Positions 21,019-34,202 of a DNA stretch of 64,000 nucleotides are shown here, one piece after another. Position 1 is the first letter of the stretch. Every line of letters starts with the position of its first letter. The DNA comes from Macrostomum hystrix (taxonomy: Eukaryota; Animalia; Platyhelminthes). The stretch lies in contig CATNEN010000034.1 of assembly GCA_950097015.1 (NCBI GenBank), positions 3,410,001 to 3,474,000 on the forward strand, written 5' to 3'. The notes under the pieces were generated by a model, which was given only the letters and a program-made list of their open reading frames with translations, was not told the origin of the DNA and made no database searches. Position numbers and translations under genes: made by a program.

Positions 21019-23952
21019 ATGAACCTGGCAATGCAAAGTCTTGTCACTCGCCCGCGCGTTGCCATGCTGGTGTGCGCTGTATTTGTGTACATAGCAACCG
21101 CCTCTGCAATCCTGGCACTATTGCTTGCTTTTGTTGGTTATGCCGCTGCTGGCGGTTGGCGTTTTCTGCGAGTAGCTGCGCTGACTTTGCCGCGCGATGC
21201 ACGCGGCCTCATTGTACTACTGCGCTCGCGCTGGATGCTGCGCCGCATGGTGACACAGCGGCGAGGCATCGCTCAGCTGTTTTGCACTACGGCTGCTCGA
21301 CATCCGGACCGGGTCTGCTTCTTGTATGAGGACCAGAGCTGGACTTTCAAACAAGTTGACGAATATTCGAATCAGGTAGGCTCCTCGATAACCAGTGGTT
21401 CTAGACGTAGAATAAAGATAGAGTATAAGTTACACCTAGTTCAGTTGGGCTTACAAAGGATTTGTACAACTGTTCAGTCTGTGGACATTTAGGGCCGCTT
21501 CACACCTATAAAAATTCACACGTTTCTTGGTGAACTGAATCGCTAAGGAGTTACGTGACTTGCTAAAGGGCACAAAAAGCTTCCCTGTGTTGAGATTCGA
21601 ACTCTAGACCTCTTGAACTCTCGGTCAGAAGTCCAAAGCTCTAACCACTAAACTGAGGTTGGGTAGCTGAGAAGCCAGTTTAGATAGGCAATAAGCTACT
21701 ACTTAGATGCCGCATCGTGTTTAACTATCAATTCACTCCAGGTGGCCAACTTGCTTATGGAGGCCGGCCATCGTCCCGGCCAGGTGGTTGCCATCCTGGC
21801 TGAGTCCAGGCCCCAATTCGCCTGCCTGTGGCTTGGCGCAGCCAAAGCCGGTATTATCAGCGCCCTGATCAACTCCAACCTGCGCTCACAGTCTCTGCTG
21901 CACTGCCTCCACGCTGCCGACGCTGTCAGCCTGGTGTTCGGCGCTGAGCTGGCCTCCGCGGTGCTGGAGGTGACGCCAAACCTGCCAGCCGGCCTGCGGC
22001 TCTACTGCCTGGGCGGCGGCTCCGGCGGAGTGCCGAACGCGGCCGACCTAGATGCTCTACTGTTAAGAGCGTCCACTCTGCTGCCGTCCTATCCGGTGAA
22101 GCAGGGGCCCAATGCCAAGGACCGACTGTTCTATATCTATACTTCGGGTGAGCAAATTTTAACATGTTTGCATGTCTACCTCCTGGTAGCTGAATGAATT
22201 CCGCTAAACTCAATCTGCACAGGCACTACCGGCCTACCGAAGGCGGCTGTGATCTCCCACACTCGCTTCGCCATGATGTCCAACACTGTCGGTCTGTTCT
22301 TTAATCTGTGCTCTGGCGACATCTTGTACGACTGCCTGCCGCTCTATCACACTGCTGGCGGCATTCTGGGCATCGGACAGGTGACTTTGCGTCCACTCCG
22401 TCCATAAAACACTTCACTTATTGGCCACTGCATTAGTCCATCTATTAATTATCAACCCATTCACCTATCAACCCATTCACCTATCAACCCATCCACCTAT
22501 CAACCCATTCACCTATCAACCCATTCACCTATCAACCCATCCACCTATCAACCCATTCACCTATCAACCCATTCACCTATCAACCCATCCACCTATCAAC
22601 CCACCCACGTATCAACCCACCCACGTCATATTGACGTCATTTGAGTAAGTCGTCAATAAATCCCATCGAATCTCCAGGCCTACCTGCGTGGCGTCACGGT
22701 GGTGATCAAGCGCAAGTTCTCAGCCTCAGCCTTCTGGGACGACTGCGCCCGCTACCAGTGCACCGCGGCTCAGTACATCGGCGAGATCTGCCGCTACCTG
22801 CTAGCCCAGCCCAGCCGGCCTAGCGAGAGGCGCCACCAGGTCCGCGTCATGTTCGGCAACGGCCTACGGCCGCAGATTTGGCGCGAATTTCAGCGCCGCT
22901 TCGGCGTCGGCCAAATGGGCGAATTCTACGGCGCCACCGAGTCCAACTGCAACATGGTCAACTCTGACAACACGGTTGGCGCAGTCGGCTTCGTCAGCCA
23001 GATCGCTCCCAGCGTCTACCCGCTGCGGCTGATTCGCATCGATCCCGACACCGGCGAGCCGTTGCGTCAGCCCGGAAGCGGCCTGTGCATCCCGGCTGGA
23101 CCCGGCGAGCTCGGCGAACTCATCGGCAGCGTTGTGCCCGGAGACGCTATTCGTGGAGTTGACGGCTACGTTTGCAAGGCGGCCACCGAGAAGAAGATGC
23201 TGCGCCATGTGCTCACTGCTGGCGACTGCTACTTCTCTACTGGGGACGTGCTGGTCATGGACGAGCTCGGCTATATGTACTTTAGAGACCGGACAGGCGA
23301 CACATTCAGGTGGAAGGGCGAGAATGTGTCTACGTCTGAGGTGAGGTCTATGGAATATTCCACTGTGCATTCCAAACTGACTGCACCATCTCTATGGAAT
23401 ATTCCACTGTGCATTCCAAACTGACTGTTCCATCTCTATGGAATATTCCACTGTGCATTCCAAACTGACTGCACCATCTCTATGGAATATTCCACTGTGC
23501 ATTCCAAACTGACTTCCATCTCTATGGAATATTCCACTGTGCATTATAAACACACTGGCACCCCTCCCGCCCAGGTGGAGGCCTGTCTATCCAATGTACT
23601 CTCCTTAGCCGATTGTGCTGTCTTCGGCGTAGAGGTGCCCGGTAACGAGGGTCGCGCCGGCATGGCCGCCGTCGCCGATCCCGAAGGCCGCGGCGTCGAC
23701 GTTACCAGGCTATCCCAGCAGCTGCCCCGCCTGCTGCCAGCTTACGCCAGGCCGCTGTTCATTCGCATTGTTGGCCAGATTGAGTCCACCGGCACCTTCA
23801 AGATGAAGAAGACAGATCTGAGGCGCGACGGCTTCGACCCGGACAGGTGCGCTGGCGATCCTGTGTACTACCTGGACTGCCGCACTGGCCAGTACCAGCC
23901 GCTTGACTCTGCCTCCTTTGCCGCCATTGTGCAAGGCGAGATTCGCTTCTGA
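21019..23952 (+). CDS. FATP: Long-chain fatty acid transport protein / very-long-chain acyl-CoA synthetase (SLC27A1/4-like), about 653 aa
   Basis: Exons 21019-21375, 21742-22147, 22223-22380, 22678-23340 and 23575-23952 splice in frame. The AMP-binding motif [14 protein letters not shown] spans an intron. Also EFYGATE, and the FATP motif [31 protein letters not shown]. Confidence 0.95.
21533..21650 (-). mobile_element. tRNA-derived CORE-SINE-like fragment in FATP intron 1
   Basis: gtgacttgctaaagggcac...gagattcgaac...ctctaaccact resembles the reverse complement of a CORE-SINE head, with A-box tggttagagc and B-box gttcgaatc. Confidence 0.55.
22450..22620. repeat. 16-bp intronic minisatellite (acctatcaacccattc)
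   Basis: About 10 copies in FATP intron 3. Confidence 0.9.
23347..23545. repeat. 44-bp intronic minisatellite, about 5 copies
   Basis: tctatggaatattccactgtgcatt starts at 23347, 23391, 23435, 23479 and 23521, in FATP intron 4. Confidence 0.9.
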
Positions 23953-24029
23953 CTTGCGCTGTTTGCACTTTTGGTTTCTGGACGATCTTTCTAGCATTAG
24001 TCTTATGGGTGTTTAAGTATTCCTGCCCA

Positions 24030-24700
24030 TTAGCCCTCTAGCACCCCCAGCTGACTAGCCTTCCTAACACTAATCAGCTGATAAGCATTCCCAATACTAA
24101 GCATCTCATTAGCCTTCCCAACACTAAGCATCTCATTAGCCTTCCTAACACTAAACATCTCATTAGCCTTCCTAACACTAAACAGCTGACTAGCCTTCCT
24201 AACAGTAAGCATCTCATTAGCTTTCCTAACAGTAAGCATCTCATTAGCCTTCCTAACACTAAGCATCTCATTAGCCTTCCTAACACTAAGCATCTCATTA
24301 GCCTTCCTAACACTAAACAGCTGACTAGCCTTCCTAACACTAAGCATCTCATTAGCCTTCCTAACACTAAACATCTCATTAGCCTTCCTAACACTAAACA
24401 TCTCATTAGCCTTCCTAACACTAAGCAGCTGACTAGCCTTCCTAACACTAAACATCTCATTAGCCTTCCTAACACTAAACAGCTGACTAGCCTTCCTAAC
24501 ACTAAGCATCTCATTAGCCTTCCTAACACTAAGCAGCTGACTAGCCTTCCTAACACTAAACAGCTGACTAGCCTTCCTAACACTAAACAGCTGACTAGCC
24601 TTCCTAACACTAAGCAGCTGACTAGCCTTCCTAACACTAAACAGCTGACTAGCCTTCCTAACACTAAACATCTCATTAGCCTTCCTAACAGTAAGCAGCT
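24030..24700. repeat. 27-bp minisatellite (tagccttcctaacactaaacagctgac / ...catctcat)
   Basis: About 24 copies with two alternating tail variants, just 3' of FATP. Confidence 0.95.
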
Positions 24701-25914
24701 GTTTATCCTTCCCGAAACAAAGAATTAAGGTAGCAATTATGCAACTAGGATAAATTATGCATAAACTTATAATATCTGCGACTCACTAATAACTTTTCGA
24801 AAACAATATTTACTGCTTCTTATTTAGCTTTGCCTTTTTTCTGTACTGATTTTTTGTTAGCCAATCAATGACTAGCAGTCTGTCTGCTTTGATATAGGAT
24901 TTTCCTAATTGCTTTTCTCTTTTATTTACGAGCAATGTTATTTTTTGTTTCCAATAGAAAGCTTTACGAAGGGAAATCACATTGCCTGAAAAGATTTTAT
25001 CAGGTAAGCAGTTTACCTTAAAGTAAATATTTTCCATGGAAACAATTAGCAAAAATTGTGTTTCGCCGAGAGAAGTTCCTTAACAGTGGTGGCTGCAATT
25101 TAATTGGTTTAGATTTAATTTGATTTCCCTTCCAAATCTAATTTAGCGTACTCGTACTTGTTGATTGCTCGCTTAGTTTTTTTGTATCGATTCAAGTCGA
25201 ACCGTCTTTCACACTATTCATTCTGTCTATGGCCTTAGCTGAATATGTGAGAATTGCAAAATAGTGAATGTAAAATTCAGGCTGTGCAGGCTGTGAAAGC
25301 AGCTGACCATAGAATTGTACACACAGCCAGTTCAGTCACCAGCTGCTTGTACTTGCTTTTTATTCTATTATTTTAATACGTCATTTTATGTAACTTGTTC
25401 GATTTTCGCAACGTGTTTATTTCCAGTTCACTAAAAATGTGTGCGTGTGTGCTAGCATTCCAAAATGCAGGTGTCCCCACTGTCTGTCAGCATCTATCGA
25501 TTTAGGCTAGTGTGGCGCCTTATTAAACTCTGACTTACTATTTCTAGGCATCAAAACTGCAATCCGATCAATATCTGCTAGCTAGATAGGCAATCTCTAG
25601 CATGCTTGTTTCCGGCGGCTCTTGCATCTTTTTGTGTGTTTATTAATACGCTTTTTGTTTTATCAAAGTCCCTATGATCTCTTTTTCTGTTGTAGCGTTA
25701 TTTATGTTCTATTTAACTTTTAACATATATATTTTATATATAATTGCCTTAGACTTCTTTTGAACTGCACTGCAAACTGTTAAACAGGGCATATTGAACT
25801 GTTCACTTCAGCTTTTTTCTCTATTGTTTATATTTTACTCACAGTTTCCATAGCCATCATTTAGTTCCCACTCCAACTCACTCATAAGCCACCTCACTAT
25901 TCCAGTTATCTCAC

Positions 25915-26290
25915 TCCTACAGCAACCTCACAGCTCTGCCATCTCACTCCTCCAACCGCCTCACACCTCCAGCAACCTCACTCCTCCAGCCGCCTCACTC
26001 CTCAAACCACCTCACTCCTCCAACCACCTCACTCCTCCAACCACCTCACTCCTCCAGACGCCTCACTTATCCAGCCGCCTCACTTTCCAGCAACCTCACT
26101 CCTCCAACCACCTCACTCCTCCAACCACCTCACTCCTCCAACCACCTCACTCCTCAGCCGCCTCACTTATCCAGCAACCTCACTCCTCCAGCCGCCTCAC
26201 TTATCCAGCAACCTCACTCCTCCAGCCGCCTCACTTATCCAGCAACCTCACTCCTCCAGCCGCCTCACTTATCCAGCAACCTCACTCCTC
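25915..26290. repeat. 17-bp C-rich minisatellite (cctcactcctccaacca)
   Basis: About 20 degenerate copies. Confidence 0.9.
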
Positions 26291-26584
26291 GAACCACATC
26301 ATTACTTCAGCCACCTCATTCCGCCAGAATTTTTGTAGATTCCATTCAGTAAACTATAGTGTCCCAGACATTTACGTCTAACCTAAGTTAGACCCAGTGC
26401 CTCATGTTATCCTGCGTCAAGCCTTCTTTGGTGTCGCTGAGGCTGGACGTCTGCGTTAAGATTCCGACTGCACCTGCAAGCAAGAGAATCTCTCGGAAGT
26501 ATAAGTCAAAAAGTATAAAACGAAATTCAGCGGCTCATGCAGCATCCACAACTCACTGGATCGCTCGTACTGCACCCACCAAAT

Positions 26585-26671
26585 CACTAAGCTACTCGTC
26601 CAGCACCCACTAACTCACTAAGCTACTCGTCCAGCACCCACTAACTCACTAAGCTACTCGTCCAGCACCCA
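26585..26671. repeat. 31-bp tandem repeat x3
   Basis: cactaagctactcgtccagcacccac starts at 26585, 26616 and 26647. Confidence 0.85.
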
Positions 26672-27551
26672 CTGCCTCGGTTGAGAAAATTATTTTAATT
26701 TAATGAATAATTGCTCCCCTCAGCCAAGCCAGTTCTGGCCGGTTGGTCCGTCTGTGCCCCCTTTCCTTTTTTGTGCCCCGGCCCTAAGCCGATTGGCTGT
26801 CCCTACTGCTCTACGTCTGCCTTCGCTCAGCTCTGCGGGGCTTTGCCCCACCCCTCCCTCGTGCCAACCAGTCCTTCCCCTGTGCCGCGCGTAGATTGGC
26901 TGACGAGATTTGCCCTCTCTATCTCTTCTCTCCCTCACTCCCTCGCCGTGAAAAATCGAGACTGCCTCTTCTGCCCTACCCGCTTACACCCTACCCTAAT
27001 CGATTCCGTCTCGTTTCCGTTTTCTTTCTTGCATAAAGGTAATGACAGCACCAGACACTGAGGAAGAACATATATAAATTTGACACGAGGTCTGCGCGAC
27101 AAAGAAGCGACCTGTAAGTACGAATCTCTATGGCCACAGAGTCCCAACTCGTCTATTAAGATCACAAAATAGTAATCTTAAATCAGTTGCTTATATCCGT
27201 GAAATAAAGGGAAGCTTTAAGCCTCACAAATCAATTCTGGATCTTTCCGCATCAGATTGAATTTTAAACTCAAAGGCTAATCCTGCATAAATCGAGCTTT
27301 ATGTACGTTGTGTCCGACAGGCATGATTGAGAAATTTTCCGGAATTAACAGTCCCAGATTAGCTTATAATTGCCACAGCAATTACCCAGACATTAAATGT
27401 ACATCCAGCCATACAGGACTGGCTGTAAAGCGGAAACCGATCACTTTTAGAACATAACTAGCAAGTTTTGCCCCCCTTCGGGGAGCAGAAATACTTTTAA
27501 TTCGTCTAGTATATACTTTTTAGCAGCTAAATTTACAGCTTTTTAAAGCTA

Positions 27552-29190
27552 CAATGAACCCCCAGTTGACAATGATCCCCCCGTTGATGATAATCTCCCA
27601 GTTGATGATGATCCCCCAGTTGACAATCATCCTCCAGTTGACAATGATCCTCCAGTTGACAATGAACCCCCAGTTGACAATGATCCCCCAGTTGACAATG
27701 ATCCCCCAGTTGACAATGATCCCCCAGTTGACAATAATCCCCCAGTTGACAATGATCCCACAGTTGACAATGATCCCCCAGTTGATGATGATCCCCCAGT
27801 TGATGATGATCACCCAGTTGAAAATGATCCCCCAGTTGACAATGATCCCCCAGTTGACAATGATCCCGCCCGTTGACAATGATCCCACAGTTGACAATGA
27901 ACCCCCAGTTCACAATGATCCCCCAGTTGATGATGATCCCCCAGTTGACAATGATCCCCCAGTTGACAATGATCCCCCAGTTGACAATGATCCCACAGTT
28001 GACAATGATCCCCCAGTTGATGATGATCCCCCAGTTGATGATGATCACCCAGTTGAAAATGATCCCCCAGTTCACAATGATCCCCCAGTTGACAATGATC
28101 CCCCAGTTGACAATGATCCCCCAGTTGACAATAATCCCCCAGTTGACAATGATCCCACAGTTGACAATGATCCCCCAGTTGATGATGATCCCCCAGTTGA
28201 TGATGATCACCCAGTTGAAAATGATCCCCCAGTTGACAATGATCCCCCAGTTGACAATGATCCCGCCCGTTGACAATGATCCCACAGTTGACAATGAACC
28301 CCCAGTTCACAATGATCCCCCAGTTGATGATGATCCCCCAGTTGACAATGATCCCCCAGTTGACAATGATCCCCCAGTTGACAATGAACCCCCAGTTGAC
28401 AATGATCCCCCAGTTGACAATGATCCCCCAGTTGACAATGATCCCCCAGTTGACAATGATCCCCCAGTTGACAATGATCCCACAGTTGACAATGATCCCC
28501 CAGTTGATGATGATCACCCAGTTGATGATGATCACCCAGTTGATGATGATCACCCAGTTGAAAATGATCCCCCAGTTGACAATGATCCCCCAGTTGACAA
28601 AGATCCCCCAGTTGACAATGATCCCCCAGTTGACAATGAACCCCCAGTTGACAATGATCCCACAGTTGACAATGATCCCCCAGTTGACAATGATCCCACA
28701 GTTGAAAACGATCCCCCAGTTGACAATGATCCTCCAGTTAACAATGATCCCCCAGTTGATGATGACTCCCCATTGATGATGATCCCCAGTTAACAATGTT
28801 CTTCCAGTTGACAATGTTCCCCCAGTTGACAATGATCCCCCAGTTGATAATGATCACCCAGTTGACAATGAACCCCCAGTTGACAACGATCCACCAGTTG
28901 ACAATGATCCCCCAGTTGACAATGATCCCACAGTTGACAATGATCCCACAGTTGACAATGATCCCACAGTTGACAATGATCCCCCAGTTGACAAAGATCC
29001 CCCAGTTGATGATGATCCCCCAGTTGATGATGATCACCCAGTTGACAATGATCCCCAAGTTGACCATGATCCCCCATTTGATGATGATTCCCCAGTTGAC
29101 AATTATCCCCCAGTTTACCATGATCCCCCAGTTGACGATTATCCCCCAGTTTACCATGATCCCCATTTTGATGATGACTCCTCAGTTGAC
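27552..29190. repeat. 18-bp satellite (cccccagttgacaatgat) in Helitron unit 4
   Basis: 18-bp periodicity; source of the DNDPPV / QLTMIP pseudo-ORFs. Confidence 0.96.
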
Positions 29191-29199
29191 GTTGATTTT

Positions 29200-32100
29200 T
29201 CAAACGCTGGGTATGCCAAGATTCAAACTCAGATTTCGCCATGTTTTAAACCCTGGTTTAGCCATGATTCAAACTCTCGTTTTGCCATGATTCAGACTCT
29301 GGTTGACTATGATTCAAACTCTGGTTGGCTATGATTCAAACTCTGGTTTAGCCATGATTCAAGCTCTGGTTTAGCCATGATTCAAGCTCTGGTTTAGCCA
29401 TGATTCAAACGCTGGGTTAGCCCTGATTGAAACTCTGGTTTAGCAATGATTCAAACTCTGGTTTTGCCATGATTCTAACTCTGGTTTAGCCATGATCCAA
29501 ACTCTGGTTTAGCCATGATTCAAACGCTGGTTTAGCCATGATTCAAGCTCTGGTTTAGCCATGATCCAAACTCTGGTTTAGCCATGATTCAAACGCTGGT
29601 TTAGCCATGATTCAAGCTCTGGTTTAGCCATGATTCAAACGCTGGTTTTGCCATGATTCAAACTCTGGTTTTGCCATGATTCAAACTCTGGTTTAGCCAT
29701 GATTCAAACTCTGGTTTTGCCATGATTCAAACTCTGGTTTAGCCATGATTCAAACTCTGGTTTAGCCATGATTCAAGCTCTGGTTTAGCCATGATCCAAA
29801 CCCTGGTTTAGCCATGATTCAAACTCTCGTTTTGCCATGATTCAGACTCTGGTTGACTATGATTCAAACTCTGGTTGGCTATGATTCAAACTCTGGTTTT
29901 GCCATGATTTAAGCTCTGGTTTAGCCATGATTCAAACTCTGGTTTAGCCATGATTCAAGCTCTGGTTTAGCCATGATCCAAACCCTGGTTTAGCCATGAT
30001 TCAAACTCTCGTTTTGCCATGATTCAGACTCTGGTTGACTATGATTCAAACTCTGGTTGGCTATGATTCAAACTCTGGTTTTGCCATGATTCAAGCTCTG
30101 GTTTAGCCATGATTCAAACGCTGGGTTAGCCATGATTCAAGCTCTGGTTTAGCAATGATTCAAACTCTGGTTTTGCCATGATTCAGACTCTGGTTTAGCC
30201 GCGATTCAAACTCTGGTTGGCTATTATTCAAACTCTGGTTTTAAGCCATGATTTAAACTCTGGTTTAGCCATGATTCAGACTCCGGTTGACTATGATTCA
30301 AACTCTGGTTTTGCCATGATTCAAACTCTGGCTTTGCCATGATTCAAACTCTGGTTTAGCCATGATTCAAACTCTGGTTTAGCCATGATTCAAGCTCTGG
30401 TTTAGCCATGATCCAAACCCTGGTTTAGCCATGATTCAAACTCTCGTTTTGCCATGATTCAGACTCTGGTTGACTATGATTCAAACTCTGGTTGGCTATG
30501 ATTCAAACTCTGGTTTTGCCATGATTCAAGCTCTGGTTTAGCCATGATTCAAACTCTGGTTTAGCCATGATTCAAGCTCTGGTTTAGCCATGATCCAAAC
30601 CCTGGTTTAGCCATGATTCAAACTCTCGTTTTGCCATGATTCAGACTCTGGTTGACTATGATTCAAACTCTGGTTGGCTATGATTCAAACTCTGGTTTTG
30701 CCATGATTCAAGCTCTGGTTTAGCCATGATTCAAGCTCTGGTTTAGCCATGATTCAAACTCTGGTTTAGCCATGATTCAAGCTCTGGTTTAGCCATGATC
30801 CAAACCCTGGTTTAGCCATGATTCAAACTCTCGTTTTGCCATGATTCAAGCTCTGGTTTAGCCATGATTCAAACTCTGGTTTAGCCATGATTCAAGCTCT
30901 GGTTTAGCCATGATCCAAACCCTGGTTTAGCCATGATTCAAACTCTCGTTTTGCCATGATTCAGACTCTGGTTGACTATGATTCAAACTCTGGTTGGCTA
31001 TGATTCAAACTCTGGTTTTGCCATGATTCAAGCTCTGGTTTAGCCATGATTCAAACGCTGGGTTAGCCCTGATTGAAACTCTGGTTTAGCAATGATTCAA
31101 ACTCTGGTTTTGCCATGATTCTAACTCTGGTTTAGCCGCGATTCAAACTCTGGTTGGCTATTATTCAAACTCTGGTTTTAAGCCATGATTTAAACTCTGG
31201 TTTAGCCATGATTCAGACTCCGGTTGACTATGATTCAAACTCTGGTTTTGCCATGATTCAAACTCTGGCTTTGCCATGATTCAAACTCTGGTTTAGCCAT
31301 GATTCAAACTCTGGTTTAGCCATGATTCAAGCTCTGGTTTAGCCATGATCCAAACCCTGGTTTAGCCATGATTCAAACTCTCGTTTTGCCATGATTCAGA
31401 CTCTGGTTGACTATGATTCAAACTCTGGTTGGCTATGATTCAAACTCTGGTTTTGCCATGATTCAAGCTCTGGTTTAGCCATGATTCAAACTCTGGTTTA
31501 GCCATGATTCAAGCTCTGGTTTAGCCATGATCCAAACCCTGGTTTAGCCATGATTCAAACTCTCGTTTTGCCATGATTCAGACTCTGGTTGACTATGATT
31601 CAAACTCTGGTTGGCTATGATTCAAACTCTGGTTTTGCCATGATTCAAGCTCTGGTTTAGCCATGATTCAAACGCTGGGTTAGCCCTGATTGAAACTCTG
31701 GTTTAGCAATGATTCAAACTCTGGTTTTGCCATGATTCTAACTCTGGTTTAGCCGCGATTCAAACTCTGGTTGGCTATTATTCAAACTCTGGTTTTAAGC
31801 CATGATTTAAACTCTGGTTTAGCCATGATTCAGACTCCGGTTGACTATGATTCAAACTCTGGTTTTGCCATGATTCAAACTCTGGCTTTGCCATGATTCA
31901 AACTCTGGTTTAGCCATGATTTAAGCTCTGGTTTAGCCATGATTCAAACTCTGGTTTAGCCATGATTCAAGCTCTGGTTTAGCCATGATTCAAACGCTGG
32001 TTTTGCCATGATTCAAGCTCTGGTTTAGCCATGATCCAAACTCTGGTTTAGCCATGATTCAAACGCTGGTTTAGCCATGATTCAAGCTCTGGTTTAGCCA

Positions 32101-32230
32101 TGATTCAAGCTCTGGTTTAGCCATGATTCAAGCTCTGGTTTAGCCATGATTCAAACTCTGGTTTAGCCATGATTCAAACGCTGGTTTTGCCATGATTCAA
32201 ACTCTATTTTTGCAATGATTCAAACTCAGG
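29200..32230. repeat. 23-bp satellite (ctctggtttagccatgattcaaa) in Helitron unit 4
   Basis: About 130 copies; variant blocks recur as higher-order repeats. Confidence 0.96.
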
Positions 32231-32917
32231 TGTGCTATGATTTATGATATTTTATTTACGAAATGAAAAAAATAAATTAAAATTGTCTTCAATCACTACT
32301 GGCTGAAAATTAGTCTAAAATGATTTGACGCAGTGCAGAATCGAACCCTAGCCTAGCCTATAACCTATTCCTAGTGCCTACACATAGGCTATTCCGACTG
32401 TTGGTTAGTGGGTGCAGAAATCAGCCTTAAAAAATGAATTCTCAAAGTTCTGGCTTTGTACAATGAAGTGAGAAAATAGAGTACACTCAGTCTCGCGGTT
32501 GGTTGTGTACATTTATTTCCAATTTGTCTCCAGAGTGCAGGCTTCAAATTCAATCAGCTAGGGGTTGTTGCGCAATTTGACGATGCAATTCTAATTCAGT
32601 GGCAGTGAGTAAAATTCTCAATAGGCCAAGATGTTTGACCTTTGAAAAATCATGTTTTTCGAATATTTAATCCCTTTAGCAATAAAGTTGAGCTTAATAA
32701 AAATACGTGTATAATTGTCCCAATATTTAGCATCTTTTGGTGAAGAAATGGTGAAAATCGGTTGAGCCGTTCGGGAGAAAATCAATTACAAGCAACCAAG
32801 CATTTCATTTTTAGTATAGTGGACTAGCAAGTTTTGCCCCCCTTCGGGGAGCAGAAATATTTTTATTTCGTCTATTATATACTTTTTAGCAGCTGAATTT
32901 ACAGCTTTTTAAAGCTA

Positions 32918-34200
32918 CAATGATCCCCCAGTTGACAATGATCAACCAGTTGACAATGATCCCCCAGTTGACAATGATCCCCCAGTCAACAATGATTCCC
33001 CAGTTGACAATGATCTCCTAATTGATGATGATCACCCAGTTGACAATGATCCCCCAGTTGACAATGATCCCCTAGTTGACAATGAACCCCCAGTTGACAA
33101 GGATCCCCCAGTTGATGATGACTCCCCAGTTGACAATGATCCCCCAGTTGACAATGATCCCCCAGTTGACAATGATTCCACAGTTGACAATGATCCCCCA
33201 GTTGACAATGAACCTCCAATTGACAACGATCCCCCAGTTGACAATGATCCCCCAGTTGATGATCAACCAGTTGACAATGATCCCCCAGTTGACAATGATC
33301 CCACAGTTGACAATGATCCCACAGTTGACAATGAACCTCCAATTGACAACGATCCCCCAGTTGACAATGATCCCCCAGTTGATGATGATCAACCAGTTGA
33401 CAATGATCCCACAGTTGACAATGATCCCCCAGTTGACAATGATCCCCTAGTTCACAATGATCCCCTAGATGATGATGATCCCCCAGTTGATGATGATCAC
33501 CCAGTTGACAATGATCCCCCAGTTGACATTGATCCCCCAGTTTACAATGATCCCACAGTTGACAATGATCCCCCAGTTGACAATGATCCCCCCAGTTCAC
33601 AATGATCCCCCAGTTGATGATGATCAACCAGTTGACAATGATCCCACAGTTGACAATGATCCCCCAGTTGACAATGATCCCCTAGTTCACAATGATCCCC
33701 CAGATGATGATGATCCCCCAGTTGATGATGATCACCCAGTTGACAATGATCCCCCAGTTGACAATGATCCCCCAGTTTACAATGATCCCACAGTTGACAA
33801 TGATCCCCCAGTTGACAATGATCCCCCAGTTCACAATGATCCCCCAGATAATGATGATCCACCAGTTGAAGATGATCACCCAGTTGACAATGATCCCCCA
33901 GTTGATGATGATCACCCAGTTGACAATTATCTCCCAGTTGACTATGATCCCCCATTGATGATGATCCCCAGTTGACAATGTTACCCCAGTTGGCCATTAC
34001 CCCCTAGTTGACAATGATCCCCCAGTTGATGATGATCACCCAGTTGACAATGATCTCGCAGTTGACCATGATCCCCCATTTGATGATGACTCCCAAATGA
34101 TGATGATCCCCATTTGACAATGATCCCCAGTTGACCATGATCCCCCATTTGATGATGATTCCCCAGTTTACAATTATCCCACAGTTGACGATTATCCCCC
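32918..34200. repeat. 18-bp satellite in Helitron unit 3
   Basis: Same monomer as 27552-29190. Confidence 0.95.
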
Positions 34201-34202
34201 AG

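Larger units (their letters stand above)
27458..32823 (-). mobile_element. Helitron unit 4 (type-B 5' module), 5366 bp
   Basis: 5' TCCACTATACTAAAAATGAAATG; 3' hairpin + CTAG. Confidence 0.82.

Noticed and set aside
21585-21650. tRNA gene (also tRNA-like bits near 32330, 44690, 50900 and 58150)
   Set aside because: Only A/B-box-like remnants are present and I could not build a cloverleaf; these are more likely SINE heads.
24030-24676. SVRKASQLF repeat ORFs
   Set aside because: Translations of the 27-bp satellite downstream of the FATP stop codon.
26404-27130. Possible LINE endonuclease-end or 5' UTR fragments
   Set aside because: The resemblance is too weak and short to support a call without a search.
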